In this document: piece after piece, positions 47,526-58,156 of the stretch | How the letters are laid out: each line of letters begins with the position of its first letter | Numbering within the stretch: the first letter of the stretch is position 1 | Assembly: GCA_964642015.1 (NCBI GenBank) | Contig: CAZXLF010000001.1 | Location: 116,846 to 180,845 of the forward strand | Reading direction: 5' to 3' | From: an uncultured Planctomycetia bacterium | GTDB lineage: Bacteria > Omnitrophota > Gorgyraeia > 2-02-FULL-51-18 | Length of the DNA: 64,000 nt | Program-made: the position numbers and the translations under genes | The notes under the pieces: generated by a model | Seen by the model: the letters and a program-made list of their open reading frames with translations, nothing else | Told to the model about the DNA's origin: nothing | The model's database searches: none

Positions 47526-50500
47526 ATGCAGAATGGCTCGAAAGTCAAAAGCGCCGCGCAGGGTAATGCCACGATCTCAGGCGATATGAAAGGGATGAAG
47601 TTCGAACGCCGTTACACGAAGCCCAGCGTGAATCCTTTGGACGCGATCACATACGAAAAAAGAAGTTCGGTAATTTCAAATACGGACGGTTCGGTGGTGT
47701 TCAAGATGGAGAACGCCGAGATCCCCAAGTCCTGGTCACAGCTGGCCACTGATATTGTGGTCTCCAAATATTTCCGCAAAGCCGGAGTCCCGCATACGGG
47801 TTCCGAGGTCAGCGTCCGCCAGGTGGTCCACCGCATCGCGCATTCGCTGCGCAAAGCAGGAGAGGATTTCGGCGGATATTTCCGTACTACCGAGGATGCT
47901 GATACATTCGAAGCCGAGCTTACTCATCTTTTAGTGACACAAAAAGGCGCTTTCAATTCACCGGTATGGTTCAACTGCGGTTTGGCCGAGACTTACGGGA
48001 TCAAGACCGGCTCAGGCGGAAGCTATGCGTGGGATTTCAGGAAAGGCGCGCCGAATCTTACGAAAGATTCTTATACACACCCTCAATGCTCTGCCTGCTT
48101 TATTCAGAAAGTTGAAGACGACCTCATGTCGATCTTTGATCTGGTAAAAAATGAGGCGCGTCTTTTTAAATTCGGTTCGGGCACGGGTTCTAATTTTTCA
48201 AAGATCCGCGGACGCCAGGAAAAGTTATCCGGAGGCGGCACTTCTTCGGGGCTCATGTCATTTTTGGAAGTACTTGACCGTGGAGCCGGCGCAACAAAGT
48301 CCGGCGGTACGACACGCCGCGCGGCGAAGATGGTGTGCCTTGATATGGATCATCCGGAGATCGCGGATTTCATTAATTGGAAAGTCAGGGAAGAAAAGAA
48401 AGTTGCGGCGCTCATCGCAGCCGGCTATTCTTCGGACTTCAACGGCGAAGCTTATAAGACGGTTTCAGGTCAGAACTCCAATAATTCAGTACGTATTTCC
48501 GATGATTTCATGAAAGCCTATCTGGAAGGCGGGCAGTGGCAGACCCGCTTCAGAACGACCGGAGAAGTGAGCGACACCTATGAAGCGCGCGATCTGATGC
48601 ACCAGATCGCTTATGCGGCGTGGGCCTGCGCCGATCCCGGAGTGCAGTTCGACACGACGATCAATGACTGGCACACCTCGGTGAACACCGACAGGATCAA
48701 CGCTTCGAATCCCTGCTCTGAATATATGTTCCTCGATGACAGTGCCTGCAATCTGGCGTCGATCAATTTGATGAAATTTTTGAACGATGACGGTACTTTT
48801 GATGTTGAAAGCTACCGCCATGCGTGCCGCATTTTCATTACGGCTCAGGAAATCCTTGTTGATTATTCCTCTTATCCTACACAAGCGATCGCGCAGAACA
48901 GCCACGATTACCGGCCGTTGGGTTTGGGCTACGCGAATCTAGGGACTCTTTTGATGGTGAAGGGTATTCCATATGATTCCGAAAGAGCTTTCGCGATCTG
49001 CGGCGCCATCACCGCGATCACGACCGGTCATGGGTATCGCGCATCGGCTGAGATCGCCAAGCATAAGGGACCGTTCCCCGGCTACGCGCACAACGCTGAG
49101 CCCACACTGCATGTAATGAAAAAACACCGCGACGCGGCATACAAGATTAACGAAAAGGCATGCCCGTCGGAGATGCTCAAAGCTGCGCACGAAGATTGGG
49201 ATGAAGTGGTTCGTCTCTGCGAGAAGTACGGCGTCCGCAACGCACAGGCCACCGTGATCGCGCCCACCGGCACGATCGGGCTTTTGATGGATTGTGATAC
49301 GACAGGTATTGAGCCCGATTTTTCGCTGGTAAAATTCAAGAAACTTGCCGGCGGCGGGTATTTTAAGATTGTGAATCAATCCGTGACGCGCGCGCTTGAA
49401 AATCTTGGTTACCGTGAGGACCAGATCCGCGATATCGTGACATATGTGACCGGCACGCTGACACTTGACGGCACGCCTCACATCAATCCGGCGACTCTGA
49501 AAGAACGCGGATTCACCGATGAAGATATTGAAAAGGTTGAGGGGAATATCCCCGGTGTTTTCGAGCTCCAATTCGCTTTCAACAAATGGACTCTTGGCGA
49601 AGAGACAATGAAACGCCTCGGCCTCAAAGAAGAACAATACAATGACTTCAATTTTAACATGCTTGAAGCGCTCGGATTTACCGACAGGCAGATCTCTGAA
49701 GCTAATGATGTTGTTTGCGGACGCATGACGATCGAGGGCGCTCCGGGACTTAAATCGGAGCACTTGCCGGTATTTGATTGCGCCAACAAGTGCGGAAAAT
49801 ACGGCAAGCGTTTCATTGCTCCGATGGGACATATCCGCATGATGGCCGCTGCCCAGCCGTTTATTTCAGGCGCGATCTCGAAGACCGTTAATCTTCCCAA
49901 TGAAGTTACTGTCGAAGACATTGAGAAGATCTATGTGGAAAGCTGGAAGCTCGGTTTGAAAGCCGTGGCGCTTTACCGCGACGGGTGCAAACTTTCGCAG
50001 CCTTTGAATTCCGGCGCTTCGTCGGGTTCGAAGAGCGATCCCGCGGCGGAGGTCGAAGCTGTTCCGAGCCGCCATCGTTTGCCGAAGAAACGCGCAGGCC
50101 TCACGCAAGAGGCGCGCATCGGCGGGCATAAAGTTTACGTCCGCACCGGTGAATATGAGAACGGCGGCTTAGGCGAGATCTTCATTGATATGCATAAAGA
50201 AGGCGCGGCGTATCGCAGCATGATGAACTGTTTCGCGATCGCGGTCTCCTTAGGATTACAGTACGGCGTGCCTTTGCAGGAATACGTGGATGTATTCACC
50301 TTCACGCGTTTTGAGCCGTCAGGGCCGGTGGATCATCCCAATATCAAGTTCGCGACCTCGATCGTGGATTATATTTTCAGGCTGCTTGCGATGGAATATT
50401 TAGGCCGTCATGATCTTGTGCAGGTGCCTCCGATGGGAGCGACGACGGATGTGACGTTGCCTCCGCCAACGCATAAACCGAAGAAGCAAACGCATCATCC

Positions 50501-50696
50501 TAAAGAAGAGGAGCATGTGCACGCTTCGACGGTGGACGTTCCGACCTCCGGCACCGAAAATGCCGGCGCGTTGAACGACCATCTCGGAAAAATGATGGGT
50601 GATGCGCCGTTCTGTTCGCTGTGCGGGCATGTGACGGTGCGCAATGGGGCATGTTATAAGTGCCTGAATTGCGGAAATAGCATGGGATGTTCGTGA
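47526..50696 (+). CDS. nrdJ: adenosylcobalamin-dependent (class II) ribonucleotide reductase
   Basis: 1056 aa. Active-site motif [23 protein letters not shown]-terminal Cys-rich zinc-ribbon tail CSLCGH...[13 protein letters not shown] typical of NrdJ. Confidence 0.95.
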   Translation: MQNGSKVKSAAQGNATISGDMKGMKFERRYTKPSVNPLDAITYEKRSSVISNTDGSVVFKMENAEIPKSWSQLATDIVVSKYFRKAGVPHTGSEVSVRQVVHRIAHSLRKAGEDFGGYFRTTEDADTFEAELTHLLVTQKGAFNSPVWFNCGLAETYGIKTGSGGSYAWDFRKGAPNLTKDSYTHPQCSACFIQKVEDDLMSIFDLVKNEARLFKFGSGTGSNFSKIRGRQEKLSGGGTSSGLMSFLEVLDRGAGATKSGGTTRRAAKMVCLDMDHPEIADFINWKVREEKKVAALIAAGYSSDFNGEAYKTVSGQNSNNSVRISDDFMKAYLEGGQWQTRFRTTGEVSDTYEARDLMHQIAYAAWACADPGVQFDTTINDWHTSVNTDRINASNPCSEYMFLDDSACNLASINLMKFLNDDGTFDVESYRHACRIFITAQEILVDYSSYPTQAIAQNSHDYRPLGLGYANLGTLLMVKGIPYDSERAFAICGAITAITTGHGYRASAEIAKHKGPFPGYAHNAEPTLHVMKKHRDAAYKINEKACPSEMLKAAHEDWDEVVRLCEKYGVRNAQATVIAPTGTIGLLMDCDTTGIEPDFSLVKFKKLAGGGYFKIVNQSVTRALENLGYREDQIRDIVTYVTGTLTLDGTPHINPATLKERGFTDEDIEKVEGNIPGVFELQFAFNKWTLGEETMKRLGLKEEQYNDFNFNMLEALGFTDRQISEANDVVCGRMTIEGAPGLKSEHLPVFDCANKCGKYGKRFIAPMGHIRMMAAAQPFISGAISKTVNLPNEVTVEDIEKIYVESWKLGLKAVALYRDGCKLSQPLNSGASSGSKSDPAAEVEAVPSRHRLPKKRAGLTQEARIGGHKVYVRTGEYENGGLGEIFIDMHKEGAAYRSMMNCFAIAVSLGLQYGVPLQEYVDVFTFTRFEPSGPVDHPNIKFATSIVDYIFRLLAMEYLGRHDLVQVPPMGATTDVTLPPPTHKPKKQTHHPKEEEHVHASTVDVPTSGTENAGALNDHLGKMMGDAPFCSLCGHVTVRNGACYKCLNCGNSMGCS

Positions 50697-50724
50697 AACC
50701 CGTTTTTTAAGAGTAAGACCTTTA

Positions 50725-50760
50725 AGGGGCCCAAAGATATTCGGGCCCCTTTTTGTTTTT
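50725..50760 (+). terminator. rho-independent terminator of nrdJ
   Basis: aggggccc-aaagatattc-gggcccct followed by ttttgttttt. Confidence 0.8.
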
Positions 50761-50788
50761 TGATATTTAACTAACCGAAGGAGGAAAT

Positions 50789-50998
50789 ATGAAAAAAGTC
50801 GCGGTGTTCTTGTTGTTGATGGTGTTGGCAAGTCCGGTCTATGCGGACAGTTTCGCCGAACGTGAGGCCGATCGTTCAGGGCTTACGGGTACCGCGCATG
50901 CGATCGGAAATTCGATCATGGGTTTTTTTTCGTCGATCGGAGAATCTTTCCAAAAAGCATCTGCCGGAGCAGCGATCCACAGCGCTACCAAGAACTGA
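50789..50998 (+). CDS. small secreted protein
   Basis: 69 aa. Strong SD aaggagga. Signal peptide MKKVAVFLLLMVLASPVYA. Confidence 0.5.
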   Translation: MKKVAVFLLLMVLASPVYADSFAEREADRSGLTGTAHAIGNSIMGFFSSIGESFQKASAGAAIHSATKN

Positions 50999-51171
50999 TC
51001 TAATATCAAGGAAGGCCCTTATACGCCCCATTCACATCAGTCCGAGCAGGGCGTAGAGCACGACAAATAAAAATAGCAGGATCGAGTTCTGCATATCATG
51101 TCCTCCGGTCTTGACGTTTAGACGTCGCGGCGGCCAAAAAGTGTCAAAATTTCTGAACCAAGGGGAAGATC

Positions 51172-51750
51172 ATGACAAAGCCTAGGGTATTGGCATTTGC
51201 GGGAAGTTTGCGCAGGGATTCGTTCAATAAAAGACTCATAAAAGTCGCCGCTGACGGTGCCCGAAGCGCCGGAGCTGACGTGACCGTCATCGACTTGAAA
51301 GATTTTTCAATGCCGGTCTACGATGGCGATATTGAGGCGACAGAAGGTCTGCCTGTCAATGCGAAGAAGCTGAAAGAACTTTTTTTATCACACCAAGGCC
51401 TGCTTCTTTCCTGCCCCGAGTACAATAGCTCCATCACAGGCGTGCTAAAGAACACGATCGACTGGGTTTCGCGCCCGGCTTCGAAAGATGAGCCATCGCT
51501 TGCGTGTTTCACCGGAAAAACAGCGGCGCTTGTCAGCGCATCACCCGGAGCGCTTGGAGGTCTGCGCGGGCTTGTTCATGTACGAGCGATTTTATCGAAC
51601 ATCGGCGTGCTCGTGCTTCCTAGCCAAGCCGCTGTCGGCAAAGCGCATGAAGCGTTCGACGTAAACGGCGCTTTAAAGGATGCGAAACAGGATGCCGTTG
51701 TGCGGAATATCGGCGTCGAGCTGGCCAAAATCTTGGCGAAGCTCGCATAA
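51172..51750 (+). CDS. NAD(P)H-dependent FMN reductase (flavodoxin-like fold)
   Basis: 192 aa with VLAFAGSLRRDSFNKRL N-terminus and the SPEYNSS motif typical of the FMN_red family. Confidence 0.85.
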   Translation: MTKPRVLAFAGSLRRDSFNKRLIKVAADGARSAGADVTVIDLKDFSMPVYDGDIEATEGLPVNAKKLKELFLSHQGLLLSCPEYNSSITGVLKNTIDWVSRPASKDEPSLACFTGKTAALVSASPGALGGLRGLVHVRAILSNIGVLVLPSQAAVGKAHEAFDVNGALKDAKQDAVVRNIGVELAKILAKLA

Positions 51751-51754
51751 TTTT

Positions 51755-52045
51755 ATGAGCAGAATTAAAATGAAAAGCGAAGCGCGGTCAATACCCAGGC
51801 CTTTCACGATGCATTGGGGAAAAGGCGAGATCATTGAGGAAGCGTCTTATTTGGGCAGATACCATGAACCTTCGATACAGCTGATGAAATATGAAGACGG
51901 ATCGGAGTCGATCCGGTTTTGTTATTACAGCAGCGGTCGGTTCCAGCGAAGTCCTTTGATGATCTCGAAAGAAGAGATCAAGAAAATGAAAGCGGCTTTA
52001 AGCAAGACACCTCGTTTAAGAAGCTTTCTCAAAGCGCTTGTTTAA
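51755..52045 (+). CDS. hypothetical small protein
   Basis: ATG 5 nt after the FMN-reductase stop. About 96 aa. The track's longer upstream start overlaps the preceding gene and is unlikely. Confidence 0.35.
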   Translation: MSRIKMKSEARSIPRPFTMHWGKGEIIEEASYLGRYHEPSIQLMKYEDGSESIRFCYYSSGRFQRSPLMISKEEIKKMKAALSKTPRLRSFLKALV

Positions 52046-52064
52046 ATCCTAAAGGAGAAGTTCA

Positions 52065-52637
52065 ATGACGGTCTTATCAAAGAACTTGGCGGTCTTATTG
52101 GTATGTTCCATTTTCATAGTATTTTTTTCAGTAACGGAGGCGGAAGCAATGGAAAAAAGCATTCTTTCATTTAGCGCCAAAACGATGGACGGCGGCCAGC
52201 AAAATCTCGCTGACTATAGGGGAAAGGCGCTTCTTGTCGTGAACACGGCCTCACGCTGCGGTTTCACTCCGCAGTACCGGTCGCTCGAGTCGCTTTATGA
52301 AAAATACAAGGACAAAGGTTTCGAAGTGCTCGCGTTCCCTGCCAACAATTTTATGAATCAGGAGCCCGGCACAGACAAGGAGATCCGGGATTTCTGCTCG
52401 ACCAAATTCCACGTCACTTTCCCGGTATTTTCCAAGATCAGCGTGAAAGGGAAGGACATCGATCCGCTTTACCAGTACCTTACGACCGAATCAGGTTTCA
52501 ATGGCTCGATCAGCTGGAATTTTAACAAGTTCCTCGTTGGTCCGGATGGCAAAGTGGTCGCTCGATTCGGTTCTGCGGACGACCCTCTGTCAGAGAAAGT
52601 ACAGTCAAAGGTACGGGAGGTGTTGCGACTTCCATGA
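52065..52637 (+). CDS. glutathione peroxidase family protein (Cys-type), with an N-terminal signal/anchor
   Basis: 190 aa with NTASRCGFTPQY (peroxidatic Cys), plus FPANNF and WNFNKFLVG motifs. Confidence 0.9.
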   Translation: MTVLSKNLAVLLVCSIFIVFFSVTEAEAMEKSILSFSAKTMDGGQQNLADYRGKALLVVNTASRCGFTPQYRSLESLYEKYKDKGFEVLAFPANNFMNQEPGTDKEIRDFCSTKFHVTFPVFSKISVKGKDIDPLYQYLTTESGFNGSISWNFNKFLVGPDGKVVARFGSADDPLSEKVQSKVREVLRLP

Positions 52638-52999
52638 AAATGCTGAGAAAGATCCATTTGTATCTGGGCTGTCTGTTTTCTCCGATGCTTCTTTTTTTCG
52701 TGATCAGCGGATGCTGGCAGACTTTCCGGCTGAATGACGCCAAAAAAGACGGCAGTTATGCACCCCCAGAGATCATAAAAATATTATCCGCGGTCCACAC
52801 GCATGATTCGCTCGCTTGGAAAGCGCCGTCGTCGGAACCGTTCAAATTATTTGTATTGGGGATGGCAGGATCTTTTCTTATCACGGTTATTCTTGGTTTA
52901 GTCCTCGCCTTTCAAGTGTCAAAGAAAAATCCTTGGGTCGTGTGGGCTTGCCTTGTTACGGGAATTTTACTGCCGATGGTGTTTTTGAGGCTTAGTTAA
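52634..52999 (+). CDS. small membrane protein (3-4 TM)
   Basis: 121 aa. Its start overlaps the gpx stop (ATGA). Confidence 0.4.
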   Translation: MKMLRKIHLYLGCLFSPMLLFFVISGCWQTFRLNDAKKDGSYAPPEIIKILSAVHTHDSLAWKAPSSEPFKLFVLGMAGSFLITVILGLVLAFQVSKKNPWVVWACLVTGILLPMVFLRLS

Positions 53000-53131
53000 C
53001 GTACGTGTATTATGGTGATGAGGCGGGGTTGTGGCTAGAATGTTCGGGCAACACAGCCATGAATATGACTGTAAAATAGCTCAAACCGCAACGGATCGCG
53101 GGAATTGCGGTGCCAAGAAAGGAGATCTCTT

Positions 53132-54142
53132 ATGGGGATGATCATTGTTCTTGTCACGTCGCTGATCACTTCTTTTGCTTTTTCAAATCTGACGCATTTG
53201 CCCCGCACGGACATGGCGGCGTTGGCAATGAATAGCGGCCGCGTGCTGAGCTCGCATCACCGGTATAAACCTTCCTCTCGGGTCAGCGTCATCGTCGATA
53301 TTGACGGGCTTGACCACCCGACGGCCGATAACACGCATCCTCCGAAACGCGATAGAAGCAGGGAAATATTACTGTCATCTGCGATTTCCCCCGAAGGCAA
53401 TATGGAAAAGACAGCGGAAAAAAAGACACAAGCCGAGGCTTATGCGGCTCAAACCCGCTCGGTCCCTGATGATGCCAATTCGGGAAAGATTGAGCAAAAA
53501 AAAGCACAGGCCGAGTTTCAAGAAGCTCAAGCCTCTTCGATCCCTCAAACGTCGAATGATATTTCCAGACCGAATCTTCAGAATCCGCCTGTTTTGACCG
53601 CCCAGACGTCCAACAATGTTCCCGAATCAAGTGTTCAAAACCCACCGCCGGCTCCGATGCAGGAAACGGCCTTGCAGATGCTGAGTGAGCAGCATCAAGC
53701 GGCAAACGCTTCTTTGCCATCTTATGCGGCCATTCATAATATCCCGCCGAAATATTTTGCTGAGAGCGCAGTTGTTCGATCCACGCCGCCAATGCAGACG
53801 CCTGTTATGCAGACGCCCATACATCAATATCAAATTGAAACGGCACCTTTGCCTATCCCTGTGCAAAATGCCGCGCCGAAACCTCTGCTTAAGACCAGAG
53901 TTGTGAGATCTAAACCTCATCAGCTGAGTCTTGGACGAAAGGTCAGGGATGCGATCTTAAAATATCCTCGGCTTTCCAAATCCATCCGTCTTACTCTGAG
54001 AGTGACTTCCTCGAAGGATAAAGTGACGCTCAACGGCATTGTAGCGAGCAAAAGGGAAAGAGTGCGGATCGGCAGGTTGACCCGGCAGATCGTCAAATCC
54101 AAGAAAATAGAGAACCGGTTGGTTGTGGTAAGCCGTAGATAA
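53132..54142 (+). CDS. exported Pro/Gln-rich protein with a C-terminal BON domain
   Basis: ATG with SD aaggag. The track's TTG at 53105 is less likely. Signal/TM segment MGMIIVLVTSLITSFAF. The C-terminus VTLNGIVASKRERVRIGRLTRQIVKSKKIENRLVV fits the BON pattern. Confidence 0.5.
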   Translation: MGMIIVLVTSLITSFAFSNLTHLPRTDMAALAMNSGRVLSSHHRYKPSSRVSVIVDIDGLDHPTADNTHPPKRDRSREILLSSAISPEGNMEKTAEKKTQAEAYAAQTRSVPDDANSGKIEQKKAQAEFQEAQASSIPQTSNDISRPNLQNPPVLTAQTSNNVPESSVQNPPPAPMQETALQMLSEQHQAANASLPSYAAIHNIPPKYFAESAVVRSTPPMQTPVMQTPIHQYQIETAPLPIPVQNAAPKPLLKTRVVRSKPHQLSLGRKVRDAILKYPRLSKSIRLTLRVTSSKDKVTLNGIVASKRERVRIGRLTRQIVKSKKIENRLVVVSRR

Positions 54143-54293
54143 GTGGGTCGCACAAAAAACCGAGAAAAATTTCTGGGTCGTGCAGGCTTGCTTGGTGACG
54201 AGCGTTTTATTGCCCGCGCTGTTTTTTGAGATCAAGATAAGCATCTGCCGTCTCCGCGATTTTTTGGTGCGGAACGGTCTCCGGCGCGTGAGA

Positions 54294-55283
54294 ATGCTGA
54301 AATATATGAAAAAGACGATAGCTTTGATCTTTGTGTTCAACTTTTCTCTTGCGATCGCGCACGCCGGATCGTCGCAGGTATGGTTTTATCCGAACGGCGG
54401 GAGCAAAGATGAATTGAACCTTTTTTCGAAGCCTGATCAATGGACGAACGCCAGAAACAAGATCCAGGTCTTTGGCTTCAATGAATTTCAGCTTATCGCG
54501 GATTCATCGAACGACTGCGCCAAGACGAAATGCGGCGATAATTTCTATGAAAATTTCATGAATGTAAAAGCATTTTCACAACTAAGCGCGTGGGGAATAA
54601 AAATTTCTATAGGCGGAGGCGCTATCAAGCCATGGGATTGTACCGCGAGCGACCGCGCCAGACTTTATATCAGGAAGGCGATAGACCGGGTCGAAAAAGG
54701 CGGCGGAAAGGTGAGCTACGTCGATCTGGATGAGCCTTTGTTCAGCGCCGGAGAAAAATGCGCTCTTTCCATGGATGCGGCGGCCGCTAAGACAGCGGAT
54801 TTTATGAGGGATATCCAAACGGCTTATCCTTCCGTAGGGATAGGTGAGGATGAACCTTATCCCTCTTTTAGTGCGCAGACGATCAAGCAGTGGATCCTGG
54901 CCTTGAAGGCGAGCGGGGCGAAGCCCGCCTTTTTTCATCTGGATGTGAATCGCGCGGCCGCCGCCAAGAAGATCCCGGACACGATGGCGAATGACATCCG
55001 CGATCTCAAAGCGTTTTTTGATCAGCAAGGGATCCCGTTCGGCGTGATATTTTTCGGGCTTGGCCGTTTTGACCGCGATCAGGATTATTATAAGGATGTG
55101 ATGAGCTGGGTGAACTATGTTCATTCTGTCATCGGACGGCCGGAGCAAATCATTTTTCAGAGTTGGTGTCTCAGCTCTTCAGGGTCGAAGGATATTCCTT
55201 CCAATCTCCCTGAATCCGGACCCAACGTTTACAGTCACGCGAGGATCATTAATGATGGTTTGGCGGTGCTTCAGGCGGAATAG
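54294..55283 (+). CDS. exported hypothetical protein (possible TIM-barrel glycoside-hydrolase-like)
   Basis: Start at ATG 54294 or 54306. Signal peptide MKKTIALIFVFNFSLAIAHA. No firm motif. Confidence 0.45.
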   Translation: MLKYMKKTIALIFVFNFSLAIAHAGSSQVWFYPNGGSKDELNLFSKPDQWTNARNKIQVFGFNEFQLIADSSNDCAKTKCGDNFYENFMNVKAFSQLSAWGIKISIGGGAIKPWDCTASDRARLYIRKAIDRVEKGGGKVSYVDLDEPLFSAGEKCALSMDAAAAKTADFMRDIQTAYPSVGIGEDEPYPSFSAQTIKQWILALKASGAKPAFFHLDVNRAAAAKKIPDTMANDIRDLKAFFDQQGIPFGVIFFGLGRFDRDQDYYKDVMSWVNYVHSVIGRPEQIIFQSWCLSSSGSKDIPSNLPESGPNVYSHARIINDGLAVLQAE

Positions 55284-55358
55284 CGGAAAGATGTCCGGCA
55301 AACAAGATGGGGATTGGGACGGGGTTCGGTAGATTATCTGAAAGTGATCGAAAAATTT

Positions 55359-56579
55359 ATGAGTCGAATGTTCTTCAAAGCAGTTCTCACCTCATTCTTT
55401 TTTATTTCGTATGGAATGTGCGAGAACATTGCCATTGCCCAAACAGATATCTCGACTGTTGACCTTAAAATCACGGGCTCACCGGAGACGGTTTTTGATT
55501 GGCAGAAGGATGCTTGTGAACCGATGGACATTCCGGATATGCCGGCTCATGCTTTTCGGGATAATAATGGACGTATCCAGCTTATCGCTTCCCATTTTAT
55601 AACTCGTCGCATGATAGGACGAGACTTAAACCATCTTACGCATGATTGCAAGGTCCTTATGAGTTCCAACAAAGATCCTGACCCTTCAAAGTTTGATGAC
55701 AAAGAGTGGCTGAACTCGACTTACACGCTTGATGGCAAAACCATCTACGCTTTGGTTCATAATGAGTATCATGGTTGGGAACACCCAGGCTACTGTTCTT
55801 CCGATAAATTTACTTACGGCTGCTGGTACGCCGCTGTTACCTCAGCTGTTTCAATAGACAGCGGGGAGTCTTATACCCGTCTTCCAGCTCCACAGCACTT
55901 GGTGGCGACCATGCCATATCGTTATCAGCCAGGAATAGGCCCGGTCGGCATCAACGATACCACCAATATTTTTTATAATGAAAAAGACGGTTACTATTAT
56001 GTTTTGGCAACATCTCGCAAACAATATCAAGTCCACCCCAGGGGCGTGTGCCTGATGCGAACAAAAGATCTGGCTGACCCGGCTTCTTGGAGAGCATGGG
56101 ACGGAAAAAATTTCAGCGTCCAATTTATTGATCCTTATCTTCATCCGGATGCTCGTCCGGAAGAACATATTTTTCGATCGGTACAGCAAGACGATCTTGG
56201 CATCCCGGGCCCCTCCAATTTAACTTTTAACACCTACCTCAACCGCTTTATGCTCCTCGGGATTGGATGGACCAAAGACGTCAGTATAAATAAATACGTC
56301 TGGGGAATTTGTTATTCTTTTTCAAATGATCTGGTTCATTGGACGCCGCGTAAGCTTTTATGGAAAAGTCAAAACTTAATCAAGCTTCAACCGGGTAATC
56401 CTGAGGCAGATGCTTATCCTTCAGCCATTGACCCTGACAGCCCTTCTAGAAATTTTGATACTACGGGGAAAACGTTCTCACTCTACTACACGCGTTTTAA
56501 TTATACCCGGCCCAATTATAAAGCGAATTGGGGACTTGACCGAGATCTTGTTCGTGTTGCTATTGAGGTCACTGATTAA
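55359..56579 (+). CDS. exported hypothetical protein
   Basis: Start taken at the ATG that precedes the signal-like MSRMFFKAVLTSFFFISYG. The track has a TTG at 55314. About 406 aa, Trp/Tyr-rich, with no recognised motif. Confidence 0.45.
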   Translation: MSRMFFKAVLTSFFFISYGMCENIAIAQTDISTVDLKITGSPETVFDWQKDACEPMDIPDMPAHAFRDNNGRIQLIASHFITRRMIGRDLNHLTHDCKVLMSSNKDPDPSKFDDKEWLNSTYTLDGKTIYALVHNEYHGWEHPGYCSSDKFTYGCWYAAVTSAVSIDSGESYTRLPAPQHLVATMPYRYQPGIGPVGINDTTNIFYNEKDGYYYVLATSRKQYQVHPRGVCLMRTKDLADPASWRAWDGKNFSVQFIDPYLHPDARPEEHIFRSVQQDDLGIPGPSNLTFNTYLNRFMLLGIGWTKDVSINKYVWGICYSFSNDLVHWTPRKLLWKSQNLIKLQPGNPEADAYPSAIDPDSPSRNFDTTGKTFSLYYTRFNYTRPNYKANWGLDRDLVRVAIEVTD

Positions 56580-56765
56580 ATGTTTGGTAGAATGTTAGAG
56601 AAAAACCACCAGTTGTTCTATAAACAAATATGCTTCGCAAATGCCGCTAACGCGGCTCGCGATCGGCTGATACCAACCGCTTTCGAGCGGGGAAAAGTTA
56701 ACGTGTCCTCAAAATGGGAATGGGAAAGCTGTTTGGCAAATGTATCGCTGAAAAGGTAGATATAA

Positions 56766-57515
56766 ATGACTAAGATACCCGAAGTTACAATACCTTCGTT
56801 AAAGAAATACATTGGATATTTAGAAAATCATCATATAGATAAATTAGTGTTGTTTCGAGGGCAACGTGAAGACAAACATTTGCTCCCAAAGATTGCTCGA
56901 ATTAAGTTAAATTATAGAAATAAAATGATTTTAGATGCAGAGCAACGTCTAATCGATGAATTCAAAAGAAAAAGTCGACCATTCCTACAAGTTACACCAA
57001 ATTCCGATTGGGATTGGCTAGCCTTGGCTCAACATCATGGGTTGGCCACAAGACTATTAGATTGGACCCAGAATCCACTAGCGGGATTATGGTTTGCAGT
57101 TAGAAAACCTCCGGAAAAAGATATTTCTGGAACCGTCAAAGATGGGGTAGTTTGGGTTTTTGAAGTCGAAAATGAAAACATCTATAAAGAAGAAGATAAC
57201 TTGAGCCCATTTAATGGAGACCGGACAATGGTTTTTCAGCCAAATCATATTTCTCCACGAATTGTAGGTCAGCAAGGATGGTTTACGGTGCATAAGTATG
57301 TTCCAAAAATAGAAAAATTCATTGCGTTTGAAATACATCTTACGTACAAGAAATTTTTAACCAAACTTATTATACCAGGAGATAAATTCTGTGAAATTAG
57401 GGAGGAATTAGATCGCTGTGGCATAAATCAAGCATCTCTTTTTCCAGATTTAGATGGTTTGTGCGCATATTTGGTATGGGACAATTCAATGTTATCTGAT
57501 GAAAAAAACATTTAA
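56766..57515 (+). CDS. FRG-domain protein
   Basis: 249 aa in a low-GC segment (about 37% GC). VLFRGQRED carries the eponymous FRG motif. HGLATRLLDWTQNPLAGLWFA is the conserved downstream block. Confidence 0.6.
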   Translation: MTKIPEVTIPSLKKYIGYLENHHIDKLVLFRGQREDKHLLPKIARIKLNYRNKMILDAEQRLIDEFKRKSRPFLQVTPNSDWDWLALAQHHGLATRLLDWTQNPLAGLWFAVRKPPEKDISGTVKDGVVWVFEVENENIYKEEDNLSPFNGDRTMVFQPNHISPRIVGQQGWFTVHKYVPKIEKFIAFEIHLTYKKFLTKLIIPGDKFCEIREELDRCGINQASLFPDLDGLCAYLVWDNSMLSDEKNI

Positions 57516-57634
57516 GAATATAATTACTCTACCGTCCGACAGGGGAGATATTGGTTCAATATACAACAGTAGACCGGGCGCCGTCCGGTGGGGAAGCATT
57601 GAATAATCGAACATGAAAATAATTTATTCTAAGC

Positions 57635-58153
57635 ATGTATGAATTTCAAACGCTCGATATTTTACTTTATCGCGGACGTGGGTTCAGCGCTTGGTTTATT
57701 AAGGCGCTGACACGAAGCAAATATAGCCATGTCGCAATCGTTGTGAATCCTTCCATAAATCTGGGAATCGAATCCAATACCGGACATCAGGCCGGTGTAA
57801 GAGCATTTGATCTGCGTAAGCTTAATATGAGTTCGGTAGATGCATTTCGACTCAAATCTCAGTATGTGGTAGATTCAAAGGTCGTGATTTCCTATCTTGT
57901 TGACCATCTTGGTGCGAAATACGATTATCTCGGAGTATTTTTTCTTGGAATTTTGAAGCTTCTCAGCCTTTTAACATTTATGCTCTGGCGGCCGCATAAT
58001 TGGTGGCAAAGACGGCAAGATTATTTTTGCAGTGAGCTTGTCTGGGAAGCTTTTGCTTCGGATGGCATCGACATAGTTCCGCAAACAGGCGCAGGCGATA
58101 TTACATCGCCGGGTGATATCGCATCTAGCAACATGGTTGAGAAAGTGTCTTAA
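57635..58153 (+). CDS. YiiX-family (DUF830) permuted papain-fold enzyme
   Basis: SKYSHVAIVV and AKYDY...RQDYFCSELVWEAF parallel E. coli YiiX (SDYSHTGMLV, KPYDF...RQYCSEVVWKVY). It has no signal peptide. Confidence 0.6.
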   Translation: MYEFQTLDILLYRGRGFSAWFIKALTRSKYSHVAIVVNPSINLGIESNTGHQAGVRAFDLRKLNMSSVDAFRLKSQYVVDSKVVISYLVDHLGAKYDYLGVFFLGILKLLSLLTFMLWRPHNWWQRRQDYFCSELVWEAFASDGIDIVPQTGAGDITSPGDIASSNMVEKVS

Positions 58154-58156
58154 TAG

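Noticed and set aside
48939-49832. 297-aa minus-strand ORF, plus several other 100-200-aa minus-strand or alternate-frame ORFs such as 41369-42004, 42608-43117, 33209-33637 and 40791-41360
   Set aside because: All are embedded antisense or out of frame within strongly supported genes (nrdJ, GH57, ychF, gltD). They have no SD and no recognisable domains.
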